Sequence record: SRR33789315_19
Length of the DNA: 35,995 nt
Reading direction: 5' to 3' (one strand)
Position numbers and translations under genes: made by a program
The notes under the pieces: generated by a model
Told to the model about the DNA's origin: nothing
Seen by the model: the letters and a program-made list of their open reading frames with translations, nothing else
The model's database searches: none
Shown here: piece after piece, positions 27,711-35,995 of the stretch
How positions within the stretch are numbered: the first letter of the stretch is position 1
Layout of the letters: every line of letters starts with the position of its first letter

Positions 27711-29945
27711 ATGTGTCCAAGTAATTATGAAAATGATGAGTTAATTTTTTTGTCAGAAGAGAGCGGCACTGATATTCCAATGGCAAGTAGCTTTTGGAAC
27801 ATATTAGTAGTTGACGATGATGAAGAAATTCATGCTGTGACTCGACTTGCTTTGTCTGATTTGATTGTGAATGACAAAGGGTTAAAATTTTTTCATGCTT
27901 ATTCTGGGGCGCAAGCTTTAGAAATGATTGCTGAAATGGGCTCAAGTCTAGCGATTATTTTACTTGACGTTGTTATGGAGGAGGACGATTCAGGCCTTAA
28001 AGTGGCCCACATCATGCGTTCTGAAATGGGCTTAGAAGAGCCCAGAATTATATTAAGAACTGGTCAACCAGGTTACGCCCCTGAAGAACAAATCATCAAA
28101 GACTACGATATCAACGATTATAAAACTAAGACAGAGCTAACGCGCAGTAAATTGATCACCACTATTATCGCCTCATTACGCTCATATCAACAAATTTTAT
28201 CTATCAATCAAAGCCGCATTGGTTTGCAGAAAATAATTATATCGGCAGCGAATCTGATGGAAGAACATTCTGTCAAAAATTTTTGTGAAGGCGTTGTTAC
28301 CCAAATCAGTTCACTTATTGGTTTAGATGCTGGTGGGGTGGTTTGTGCTCGTGCTGGTTCGGTGTTAGAACGAGCTGATGACGGTGTTTACATACTTGGC
28401 GCCGCCGGTGAATTTGCTGGCTATATTAATGAAAAACTCGAAGTCCTCCATAATGCAAAAATAGTCAATTATGTAAATCGCTGTCTGCTGAATAAACAAC
28501 ATATATTTGAGAGCGAGTTTTCGGTTTTATATCTCAATAGTTCTGGATATGAGGCTGCCGTGTATTTGCATACCGGCAGAGAAATTAGCCTGCTTGATAA
28601 GCAGTTATTAGAAGTCTTTATGTCGAGCGTGTCCGTTGGTTATGAAAACGTTAATTTATTCCACCAATTGAAAACAGCAGCCTTTAAAGATTGGTTGACA
28701 AAGTTACCTAATCGTAGTGAATTTATCAATATGTTAGATTTAGTTGGCGCTGAGCAAACTAGGCATACTGAAAATATAATCGCGTTAGTTGATATCAACC
28801 ATTTTGCTGACATAAATGATGGCCTAGGACAGGACGTAGGCAATTCTGTGTTGATGTCGGTTGCGAAGCGTTTGGAATTAGCATTTCAGGACAAAGTTAA
28901 AATAGGCCGAATCGGTTCAGATATATTTGGCTTAATTGGGCCCGAATTTTTTGTTAATCCAAGAACGCTACAAGAGCTTTTTGTAGCGCCATTTAAAGCT
29001 GAAGAGCATTCATTACATTTAGCTGCATGTTTTGGTTTAGTAAGGCTTAACAATATTGCACAGACAGGGATTAATATTTTAAAGCAGTCTAACATTGCAC
29101 TGAATAAGGCTAAAAAGAACTTAATCACCAATTTTGTGTATTACGAACCTGAAATGGAAGAGCAAACCACTTGGCGCTTGGATATGATCCGCCAACTTGC
29201 AATAGATTTCAAAGGAAATAAATTACAACTTTGGTATCAGCCTCAAGTTGATTTGCTGACTGAACAAGTTGTTGGTATGGAGGCATTACTAAGATGGCCT
29301 ACTGAAAATGGTTGTTTTATTTCCCCCGATGTATTTATTCCACTGGCTGAATACTCAGGCTTAATAATCGATATTGGTGCATGGGCACTAGAAGAATCAT
29401 GTCGTAAACTCAGTGTTTTGAAAAGCCATGGGTTTGAGCAACTAAGAATGGCGGTAAATATTTCTATGCCTCAATTTAGAGATCCTGAATTTATCGCGAC
29501 CGTTAAAAAAGTTATTACAAAACATGGTGTTCAGCCGGGAAAAATTGAATTGGAAATTACCGAGAGCATTGTCATGGATGAACCGCAAATAGTGGTAGAG
29601 GCTTTGAATGAGCTCAAGGCATTTGGTGTAAAAGTAGCGATTGACGATTTTGGTACAGGATTTTCCTCTATGAGTTATCTGCAGCAATTGCCTATTGATA
29701 GACTCAAAGTAGACCGCTCTTTTGTTAATGAAATTATACCTGGGAAGACGGCTTTTATAGCCGAAACCATTGTTACCTTAGGTAATAAGTTGGGCTTATC
29801 TACTATTGCTGAAGGCGTTGAGACAAGCGAGCAAGCGAGTTATTTGATTAAATTAGGATGTGATGAAGCTCAAGGATATTTATTTGCTAAGCCGATGCCA
29901 TTTGAGCAGTTGTTATACTTATTAGAAAGTCAGGTGCCCAGTTAA
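27711..29945 (+). CDS. Response-regulator c-di-GMP phosphodiesterase (REC-DUF3369-degenerate GGDEF-EAL)
   Basis: VVDDD/LLDVVME receiver, RTGQPGYAPE, GSDIF in place of GGDEF, intact EALLRW, DDFGTGFSS and AEGVET. Start is probably 27711. Confidence 0.9.
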   Translation: MCPSNYENDELIFLSEESGTDIPMASSFWNILVVDDDEEIHAVTRLALSDLIVNDKGLKFFHAYSGAQALEMIAEMGSSLAIILLDVVMEEDDSGLKVAHIMRSEMGLEEPRIILRTGQPGYAPEEQIIKDYDINDYKTKTELTRSKLITTIIASLRSYQQILSINQSRIGLQKIIISAANLMEEHSVKNFCEGVVTQISSLIGLDAGGVVCARAGSVLERADDGVYILGAAGEFAGYINEKLEVLHNAKIVNYVNRCLLNKQHIFESEFSVLYLNSSGYEAAVYLHTGREISLLDKQLLEVFMSSVSVGYENVNLFHQLKTAAFKDWLTKLPNRSEFINMLDLVGAEQTRHTENIIALVDINHFADINDGLGQDVGNSVLMSVAKRLELAFQDKVKIGRIGSDIFGLIGPEFFVNPRTLQELFVAPFKAEEHSLHLAACFGLVRLNNIAQTGINILKQSNIALNKAKKNLITNFVYYEPEMEEQTTWRLDMIRQLAIDFKGNKLQLWYQPQVDLLTEQVVGMEALLRWPTENGCFISPDVFIPLAEYSGLIIDIGAWALEESCRKLSVLKSHGFEQLRMAVNISMPQFRDPEFIATVKKVITKHGVQPGKIELEITESIVMDEPQIVVEALNELKAFGVKVAIDDFGTGFSSMSYLQQLPIDRLKVDRSFVNEIIPGKTAFIAETIVTLGNKLGLSTIAEGVETSEQASYLIKLGCDEAQGYLFAKPMPFEQLLYLLESQVPS

Positions 29946-30267
29946 GCTTAATTTCGGATAAGCATCACATTCTGAATAATGTCCTTTTCGCGCCTGTGTG
30001 GTGATTTTTTTAACAAGATCTCGCTAGCGCATACACACGCCCCATTGTAATTCACCCAAAATTTCCCCCTGAATACTGCCTATTAATCAGACCGTAAGTC
30101 GAGCCATTTATCAGTAACTTATTTCAATTGTTTAACACTTAGTTCAAGCGCCTTGATCGGATGCCGCACATTAGGCCCTTTTAAATTTTCGCTGAGAGAT
30201 CACTTATCATTACTGATTGGTATAAGTCAGCAAACTCAGGAGATAAAAAATCTAAAATATTTCATCA

Positions 30268-30292
30268 TTGTCATAATAATGTCATATTAATG
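30268..30292 (+). promoter_or_regulatory. Pho box (PhoB site)
   Basis: TTGTCATAATAATGTCATATTAATG: TGTCAT direct repeats with an 11-bp period. Confidence 0.7.
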
Positions 30293-30365
30293 TGGATCAT
30301 AAAACTTGATATTAATACTAACTAAGTGCTATGTTCAGTTATCAGTAGTTTGAAGGTAGTTGAAT

Positions 30366-30677
30366 ATGCGTAAATTTTTGGTTGTAGCGAGCGTTTTATT
30401 ACTAGGCTCAAGTTTTGCCCACAGCGAAGAAACTAAACCAAGCTTGTTCAGTTGTGTTGACATAAAAAATTATGAGATTGATAGCCAATGTACCTCAGGG
30501 CTTATTTCGGACAGTAAAGAATTTCAGTTGATGCAGCGTGAAATAGCAACAAAAACTCTTTCTCAAGACATTAATGTCATAGCGACAACGCAGTTTTATC
30601 CGGCTAAAATGCTGATAAAAGTCATCGCTCACAAAGAGCAGAGCGAAGAATCAGAACTTGTTGCTTTGCTCAATTAA
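30366..30677 (+). CDS. Small secreted protein with a Cys pair, unknown function
   Basis: Signal peptide (AHS/EE), C-x11-C, own terminator. Start is 30360 (TTG) or 30366 (ATG). Confidence 0.8.
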   Translation: MRKFLVVASVLLLGSSFAHSEETKPSLFSCVDIKNYEIDSQCTSGLISDSKEFQLMQREIATKTLSQDINVIATTQFYPAKMLIKVIAHKEQSEESELVALLN

Positions 30678-30703
30678 GATTGGTTTATAAAATTAATGCT
30701 AAT

Positions 30704-30736
30704 AATAAAAAAGCTGCCGGAGGCAGCTTTTTTATT
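30704..30736. terminator. Bidirectional rho-independent terminator
   Basis: AATAAAAAAGCTGCC-GGA-GGCAGCTTTTTTATT. Confidence 0.92.
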
Positions 30737-30746
30737 GGCTGTTTAG

Positions 30747-31901
30747 TTACCTCAATTCAGATTTTTCCACCAGTAAAGATAAACACACCATTTCGTTGAG
30801 TTGCATCCATTTTTCTCTTTGTAATGCAAAGTTAAGCTTCAACTCTTTGTATTTATGGTGTAATTCGAGTTTTTCATAACTCAGCTTTAAATCTCGTTTC
30901 TTGATTGCCATTATATGTTTTTTAGCCGCATAATAGTCGGTCATTTTCTGTACTAATAACTCGTATTCAGATTGGAGTTTTAATAATATTTCCTCGGCAT
31001 TTGCCAAAGTTGCCACTTGATTCTTTGAGCGCTGCAACTGCATCACCAATCTAGCTTTTTCAATTCGCTCTTCTGGACATCGACGCAAATTTTTGGTTAA
31101 ACCCACATAAGATAGACTGCGTATTAGCCATTTCGTAGGGTCAAATTGATACCATTTGATACCATTTCGATAGTCATATTCGAAGATGTGATGGTAATTA
31201 TGGTAGCCCTCTCCAAAGGTAAAGAAGGCTAGTATATCGTTGTCTTTGGCTGAATTTTTGTCTGTATAGGGCTGTCTACCCCAAATATGCGCCAATGAGT
31301 TAATGAAAAATGTCACATGATGAACAACCACTAATCTGAAAACACCTGCGAGTAACAGCATTCCCCAAATATCACCGTTTAACCATCCTATGAATATTGG
31401 GATGCCAAAATTTGCGCATAGCATGATGGGTAAATAAAAGCGATGCTGCCACATCACAACAGAGTCTTTCTGCAAATCTCGGCAATTAGAATAATCCCCG
31501 TAGCGATGAGTTTGGTATTCTCGCAGCATCCAACCAATATGAGAAAACCAAAAACCTTTGTTAGCTGAGTAGGGATCTTTATCGTTATGGTCTACGTGCT
31601 TGTGATGAATTCTGTGATCCGCAGACCAATGTAATATGCTATTTTGTAAAGCCATCGCACCACCTATCGCGAGGACAACTCTAACTAAGATATTCGCTTC
31701 ATAAGCTTTATGGGACCACAGTCGATGATAGCCCGCAGTAATGGACATCCCTGTAAAATAAATGAGAGCTATGCACACAGCAATTTCGAACCCGTCAAAG
31801 CGATTTGAAACAGCTTCGTAGGGAACAATAAACAATGCAATAAAGCCAGTGATTAAAAACACAGAGATATTGACTAAGAGTAGGCGAGGTTTTTTCATCA
31901 T
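30747..31901 (-). CDS. Membrane acyl-CoA/lipid delta-9-type fatty acid desaturase
   Basis: His boxes HRLWSH, HRIHH, NSLAH, EGYHNYHH. DPTKW motif and C-terminal coiled coil. Confidence 0.93.
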   Translation of the reverse strand: MMKKPRLLLVNISVFLITGFIALFIVPYEAVSNRFDGFEIAVCIALIYFTGMSITAGYHRLWSHKAYEANILVRVVLAIGGAMALQNSILHWSADHRIHHKHVDHNDKDPYSANKGFWFSHIGWMLREYQTHRYGDYSNCRDLQKDSVVMWQHRFYLPIMLCANFGIPIFIGWLNGDIWGMLLLAGVFRLVVVHHVTFFINSLAHIWGRQPYTDKNSAKDNDILAFFTFGEGYHNYHHIFEYDYRNGIKWYQFDPTKWLIRSLSYVGLTKNLRRCPEERIEKARLVMQLQRSKNQVATLANAEEILLKLQSEYELLVQKMTDYYAAKKHIMAIKKRDLKLSYEKLELHHKYKELKLNFALQREKWMQLNEMVCLSLLVEKSELR

Positions 31902-31912
31902 AGTATAAATTC

Positions 31913-31930
31913 AGCTTACAACTGTACGCT
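31913..31930. promoter_or_regulatory. FabR operator
   Basis: AGCTTACA-AC-TGTACGCT matches the FabR palindrome AGCGTACA-NN-TGTACGCT, 11 nt upstream of the desaturase start. Confidence 0.85.
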
Positions 31931-32037
31931 AATTTAGCTTTACTATACTAATTTAGCAAGTAATATCTAATCTGGTATGGACGATCTGGCCAATATTTTA
32001 AGGGGCGCAGATTAAGTTAAGGGCATTAATAAGTAAC

Positions 32038-32637
32038 GTGAATCGACAATTACAAAAACTGCGTACTCGCAGAAGCATTATCGAAGCAGCATTTACATTG
32101 TTAGACGAGCAGCGCAGTTTATCAAGTATAAGTTTGCGAGAAGTTGCCAGGGCTGCTGGGATTGCACCCACTTCTTTTTATCGACACTTCAAAGATATCG
32201 ATGAATTAGGTCTTACTTTGGTCGATGAAGGTGGTTTGGCATTGCGGCAATTAATGCGTCAAGCTCGTTTACGAATAGCCACTGGCGGTGGGGTTATTAA
32301 TACTTCGGTAGATACCTTTATAGAATTTATTAGTGATAACAGCAATGTGTTCCGTCTTTTATTGCGAGAGCACACCGGAACGTCGCTTGCCTTCAGGGCC
32401 GCTGTGCTGCGCGAAATTCAGCACTTCAATGTTGAATTGACAGACTACACTATTGCTACCACGGGTTTAAGTCCCAAAATAGCAAATCTGCAGGCCGAAG
32501 CGATGGTAAAACTCGTTTTTAGTGCTGGAGCTGAAGCTCTTGATTCATCTAAAGAACAGAAAAAAATTCTGGCTGAAAGGTTGAAAATGCAACTGAGGTT
32601 TATTTCAAACGGTGCAATTCAAGCTTCTACAGAGTAA
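32038..32637 (+). CDS. fabR: TetR-family repressor of unsaturated fatty-acid synthesis
   Basis: [42 protein letters not shown]. Adjacent to trmA. Confidence 0.95.
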   Translation: MNRQLQKLRTRRSIIEAAFTLLDEQRSLSSISLREVARAAGIAPTSFYRHFKDIDELGLTLVDEGGLALRQLMRQARLRIATGGGVINTSVDTFIEFISDNSNVFRLLLREHTGTSLAFRAAVLREIQHFNVELTDYTIATTGLSPKIANLQAEAMVKLVFSAGAEALDSSKEQKKILAERLKMQLRFISNGAIQASTE

Positions 32638-33730
32638 TTTTTTGTAAGAAAACACCACATTCGGCATGATGGGTGTAGGGAAATTGGTCAAAGAGTGCAA
32701 ATCTGATAACTTTATGGGTTTTCTCTAGAATGTGTAGATTTTGTTTTAATGTTTCAGGGTTACAAGAGATGTAAACAATGTTTGAGTATTCTTTTACCAT
32801 GGTTAATGTATCGTCATCTAATCCTGCTCTTGGGGGATCTACGAGAATGGTTTGACAGTCAAATTCCGTTAAATTGATACCTTCAAGGCGACGAAAAGTC
32901 CGCTTTTGTTGCTGAGCTTCTACAAATTCTTCGCTAGACATTCTCAATACAATGACATTATTAATATCATTGATAGCAATATTAAATTGAGCCGCTGCCA
33001 CTGATGACTTGGCTATTTCTGTTGCAAGTACACGATTGAAATTTTTTGCCATAGGTAAGGTGAAATTGCCAAGCCCGCAATAGAGTTCGAGTAAGTCGCC
33101 TTGACAATTTTTAGTTGCATCTAGGGCCCATTCAATCATCTTAATATTCACATTGGCATTGGGCTGGGTAAAGCTGTTTTCAATGTGTTTAAATTGGTAG
33201 TCTTTACCATCAATTGATAAGTTTTCTATAAGATAGTCTTTATCTAAGGCAAACTTTTGGTTTTTTGCTCGCCCAATGATGTCAATTTTGTATTTCTTTC
33301 GTAGTTCATCAAGAATTGATTGCATTTCTACCAACCAACCATCGTTCAAGGTTTTGTGATATAGCAAAGAAACAATAATTTCATCGCTTAGACTGCTCAA
33401 ATAATCAATCTGAAATAGTTTACGTCTGGCTATTTCGTTGGGTCTTAGTAATGTCAATAAATCATCCATGACCGCATTAATTAATCGATTGGCAGGCGGA
33501 AAACCATTTACTCGGTATTTTTGCTTAGTTTCTTGATCAAACATGATGTGATAAAGATCATCGCCTTCATGCCAAATCCTAAATTCAGCGCGCATACGGT
33601 AGTGTATTGGATCAGATGTAAATACCTCCAAGCTTGGCAACTCAAAAATTCTAAAGTAATCAATAATATGACCAGCTTTTTGTTGTAATTGGCTTGCGTA
33701 ACTTTCGGTTTTAATTTCACTCTGGCGCAT
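32627..33730 (-). CDS. trmA: tRNA/tmRNA (uracil-5)-methyltransferase
   Basis: [53 protein letters not shown]. Confidence 0.97.
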   Translation of the reverse strand: MRQSEIKTESYASQLQQKAGHIIDYFRIFELPSLEVFTSDPIHYRMRAEFRIWHEGDDLYHIMFDQETKQKYRVNGFPPANRLINAVMDDLLTLLRPNEIARRKLFQIDYLSSLSDEIIVSLLYHKTLNDGWLVEMQSILDELRKKYKIDIIGRAKNQKFALDKDYLIENLSIDGKDYQFKHIENSFTQPNANVNIKMIEWALDATKNCQGDLLELYCGLGNFTLPMAKNFNRVLATEIAKSSVAAAQFNIAINDINNVIVLRMSSEEFVEAQQQKRTFRRLEGINLTEFDCQTILVDPPRAGLDDDTLTMVKEYSNIVYISCNPETLKQNLHILEKTHKVIRFALFDQFPYTHHAECGVFLQKITL

Positions 33731-33829
33731 ATTATGAACTCACGTTTGGCGGTTTAAAACCGCGCAAGGTATCGGGTTTTAATTAATACTTCAATACTGA
33801 CAGTATTAAGTTTTTTATTATACATAGTC

Positions 33830-33856
33830 TAAATATTGTACTAATGCAGCCGATAC
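33830..33856 (+). promoter_or_regulatory. Sigma28 (FliA) promoter
   Basis: TAAA-N15-GCCGATAC, 29 nt upstream of the ATG. Confidence 0.8.
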
Positions 33857-33885
33857 TTACTAATGAGGGGAGTGAGGAATAGACT

Positions 33886-35325
33886 ATGAATATTAATCAA
33901 TTGAAAGCATTTTTAGGAGGAAAGCCTCCGCATCTCGGCAATGAATCAAGTGTTCAGAACCAATTACGAGATGCTGGGTTGCAACAAGCCGCCAGTTTAC
34001 AGGCTGATCAGAGTCAGTCAAAGACTGATCAGTTTAGTTCCAGTACCACATTTGGTGTGCGAGTTTATGCTAGTGCCTTGAGTTCAAGTATTGAAATAAA
34101 TTCTAAAAGGCCTGATTTTTCGATGGGTAAAGCTGCCAAAGTCGCTAAACCTGCCTTTGACTTTGAAGAAGTGGCTAAGAATGTATTGAAGTTTGTTGGG
34201 GCCGCGTTAAAAGGGGCCAAGCAAAATGGTGCTGATGACGCTGAACTGAGTAAATTATTTGAGCAAGCGAGTTCAGGTGTATTGAAAGGTATCAAACTTG
34301 CTGAAAAAGACCTTGCAGGTTTCATGAACGATGAGATCCGAAATGGAATTGACGAGAGCAAAAAACTCATTGAGGGTGGAGTTCAAAAACTAAAGCAAGA
34401 CCTTTTAGAAAATAAACCAGCCAAAGAGCCTGAAACTGCGACTAATTCTGTGCAAAGTGTGAGCATCACAAATGTTGCCGTTGAGCAGCAACAAAGTGGT
34501 GAGCTGTATATTAAAACTAAAGATGGTGATGAGGTGCGCTTGTCTTTTGAGGACGTCAGACAGTTTGAGTTGAATCAGCAGATTGTCGTTCAAAATTCAG
34601 TGGCGACAACAGAACCTGAGGTTCCCGATAAACAACTTAAAGCGGACAGCAGTAATAAATCTAATGGCGAAGAATCCGAACTGGTGCCTGTTAAGACTGC
34701 TGTTGACTCTGTCAATGAAGTCGCCGCTGAGGAAAGTGCCGAGAAGCAAGATATTAATCTATCAGGTAATACAAATATTCAAGCTGTAGAGCAAAAAAGC
34801 ATTTATCACCAAAGTAATTCTCTAAGCTTTAGCGTGAGTGGCGAACTAGATGACGAAGAATTAAAAGCAATCGGGCAGTTGGTTGCCGATGCAAATGATT
34901 TAGCTGATGAGTTTTTTAACGGTGATATACAAGAAGCTTATAATCAGGCCCTAAAAATCGGATTTGATGATCAGGAGCTTGTAGGATTTGCTCTACAATT
35001 AAATAAAGTTGAAAATACTCAAGTAATTAAAGCGTATGAGACGATATCCCATTTTGATAAAGATAATCAGGATAGTGAGTCAGTAAAAGCTGCAAAACCG
35101 GTAGCCCATTATTTAGACAAAATGTTAGGGGTAGTACAAGAATCAAAGTTAAAGCTTGAAGATGGTCAATCATACGAAAATTTGATCAATGGTTTAATTA
35201 ATCGAATGGGGGAAGTCCATACACCAGATCTTATTCATGCGATTAATCGATTCCATACTTTTAATCAAAAGCTAGTTGATAATTTGCCCTTAACTTTTAA
35301 AGATAACGAAACCGCTAAGGTTTAA
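33886..35325 (+). CDS. DUF5610-like acidic protein, unknown function
   Basis: FDFEEVAKNVLKFV, IKTKDGDEV, FSVSGELDDEELKAI, LADEFFNGD. No signal peptide. Confidence 0.7.
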   Translation: MNINQLKAFLGGKPPHLGNESSVQNQLRDAGLQQAASLQADQSQSKTDQFSSSTTFGVRVYASALSSSIEINSKRPDFSMGKAAKVAKPAFDFEEVAKNVLKFVGAALKGAKQNGADDAELSKLFEQASSGVLKGIKLAEKDLAGFMNDEIRNGIDESKKLIEGGVQKLKQDLLENKPAKEPETATNSVQSVSITNVAVEQQQSGELYIKTKDGDEVRLSFEDVRQFELNQQIVVQNSVATTEPEVPDKQLKADSSNKSNGEESELVPVKTAVDSVNEVAAEESAEKQDINLSGNTNIQAVEQKSIYHQSNSLSFSVSGELDDEELKAIGQLVADANDLADEFFNGDIQEAYNQALKIGFDDQELVGFALQLNKVENTQVIKAYETISHFDKDNQDSESVKAAKPVAHYLDKMLGVVQESKLKLEDGQSYENLINGLINRMGEVHTPDLIHAINRFHTFNQKLVDNLPLTFKDNETAKV

Positions 35326-35339
35326 TCTGTTCAAAATAA

Positions 35340-35362
35340 AACGCCTGCAAATTGCAGGCGTT
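35340..35362. terminator. Probable bidirectional terminator
   Basis: AACGCCTGCAA-A-TTGCAGGCGTT. Confidence 0.8.
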
Positions 35363-35382
35363 CTTTTCCAACAAGAAACGAA

Positions 35383-35847
35383 CTATTGTTCTTCTTCTTC
35401 TACTTTATCTTTAGCTAAGCGAACTTTTAATGTCCTTTCTTGAAAAATAGAGTCATTCAAATTCTTAATGGATTTGTTTGCCCCTTTACTTTCCATTTCT
35501 ACGAAACCATAACCTTTACGTTTACCTGTGCGTCGATCTTTCATCAAACGTACCGAACTTACGACGCCGAATTGTTCAAAATGTTCTTGCACTGCTTGTT
35601 CGTTTGCTCGATAAGGAAGATTTCCAACATACAATGTACTAAGAGCAGTCCCATCAGTTCCTGACGAATCTGATGATGTAAAAGAAAACTGCATAGTCAT
35701 TACTAGTGATAAAAGTCCCCCTAATAAAACTCCAATGGAAATTGAGACTGCTGAAGTGAGGGAGGAACCAAATGCATTTACTACAAAATAACTCACGATG
35801 GCTAAAACTAATATACTTATAAAACGGGTGATAAATGATGAATTCAT
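35383..35847 (-). CDS. RRM RNA-binding protein with N-terminal TM helices
   Basis: RNP2 LYVGNL, RNP1 KGYGFVEM, two hydrophobic N-terminal segments. Confidence 0.93.
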   Translation of the reverse strand: MNSSFITRFISILVLAIVSYFVVNAFGSSLTSAVSISIGVLLGGLLSLVMTMQFSFTSSDSSGTDGTALSTLYVGNLPYRANEQAVQEHFEQFGVVSSVRLMKDRRTGKRKGYGFVEMESKGANKSIKNLNDSIFQERTLKVRLAKDKVEEEEQ

Positions 35848-35995
35848 ATTTAAGACTACCTAAAAAGTTGTAATTATAATAATAAGGAGCCTATCTATGT
35901 TACTTACTTATTGCAAAATTCGCCAATAGAAACAAGTTCACAACTCAAACTCATTGCTCTTAACCCTTAAAAAAGTCCAAATAACAGTCTGATTG

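Noticed and set aside
29946-30260. Long intergenic region after the EAL gene (c-di-GMP riboswitch or sRNA?)
   Set aside because: No recognisable riboswitch motif, ORF or terminator by eye. An Rfam search would be needed.
497-35664. Short ORFs overlapping real genes (e.g. 497-688, 2925-3122, 9090-9437, 19036-19422, 24870-25187, 34065-34370)
   Set aside because: Antisense or alternative-frame shadows of well-supported CDSs, with no RBS or motif support.
1-35995. CRISPR arrays, tandem repeats, IS elements, tRNA/rRNA, frameshifted pseudogenes
   Set aside because: None seen. Recognisable genes have normal lengths, apart from the short pspC, which is reported as a finding.

Overview
A core-chromosome window from a marine gammaproteobacterium, probably Alteromonadaceae (Paraglaciecola/Aliiglaciecola-like; inferred from gene content and order, roughly 40% GC by eye). 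I found no rRNA, tRNA, CRISPR, transposase, integrase or prophage. Gene order, left to right: partial HEXXH 'CLCA_X/LPD1-like' gene (missing from the ORF track), fldB, beta-propeller lipoprotein, msrA, DUF393 and CsgA-like SDR, NSS transporter, YeeZ-like SDR, YggN/DUF2884, a small membrane protein, two convergent MscS channels, tandem YihG-type acyltransferases, M16 peptidase lipoprotein, dusA, an atypical psp locus (91-aa secreted protein, unannotated ~50-aa TM protein, pspA, mini-pspC, PspG-like protein), PCu(A)C, DUF2333, TIGR04219 OMP, cysJIH, TIGR03899, REC-GGDEF*-EAL, a Pho-box-preceded small secreted protein, a desaturase divergent from fabR, trmA, a sigma28-driven DUF5610-like protein and a membrane-anchored RRM protein. 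The most interesting signal is regulatory. Three separate promoters (yggN, the 91-aa gene after dusA, and pspA) share one architecture: tandem 15-bp TRGT-N7-ACYA palindromes, an IHF-like site and a sigma54 -24/-12 element. This suggests an expanded, rewired PspF/sigma54 envelope-stress regulon containing uncharacterised secreted and small proteins and possibly a 3'-UTR sRNA. Family names were assigned from motif recognition and memory, not from database searches.
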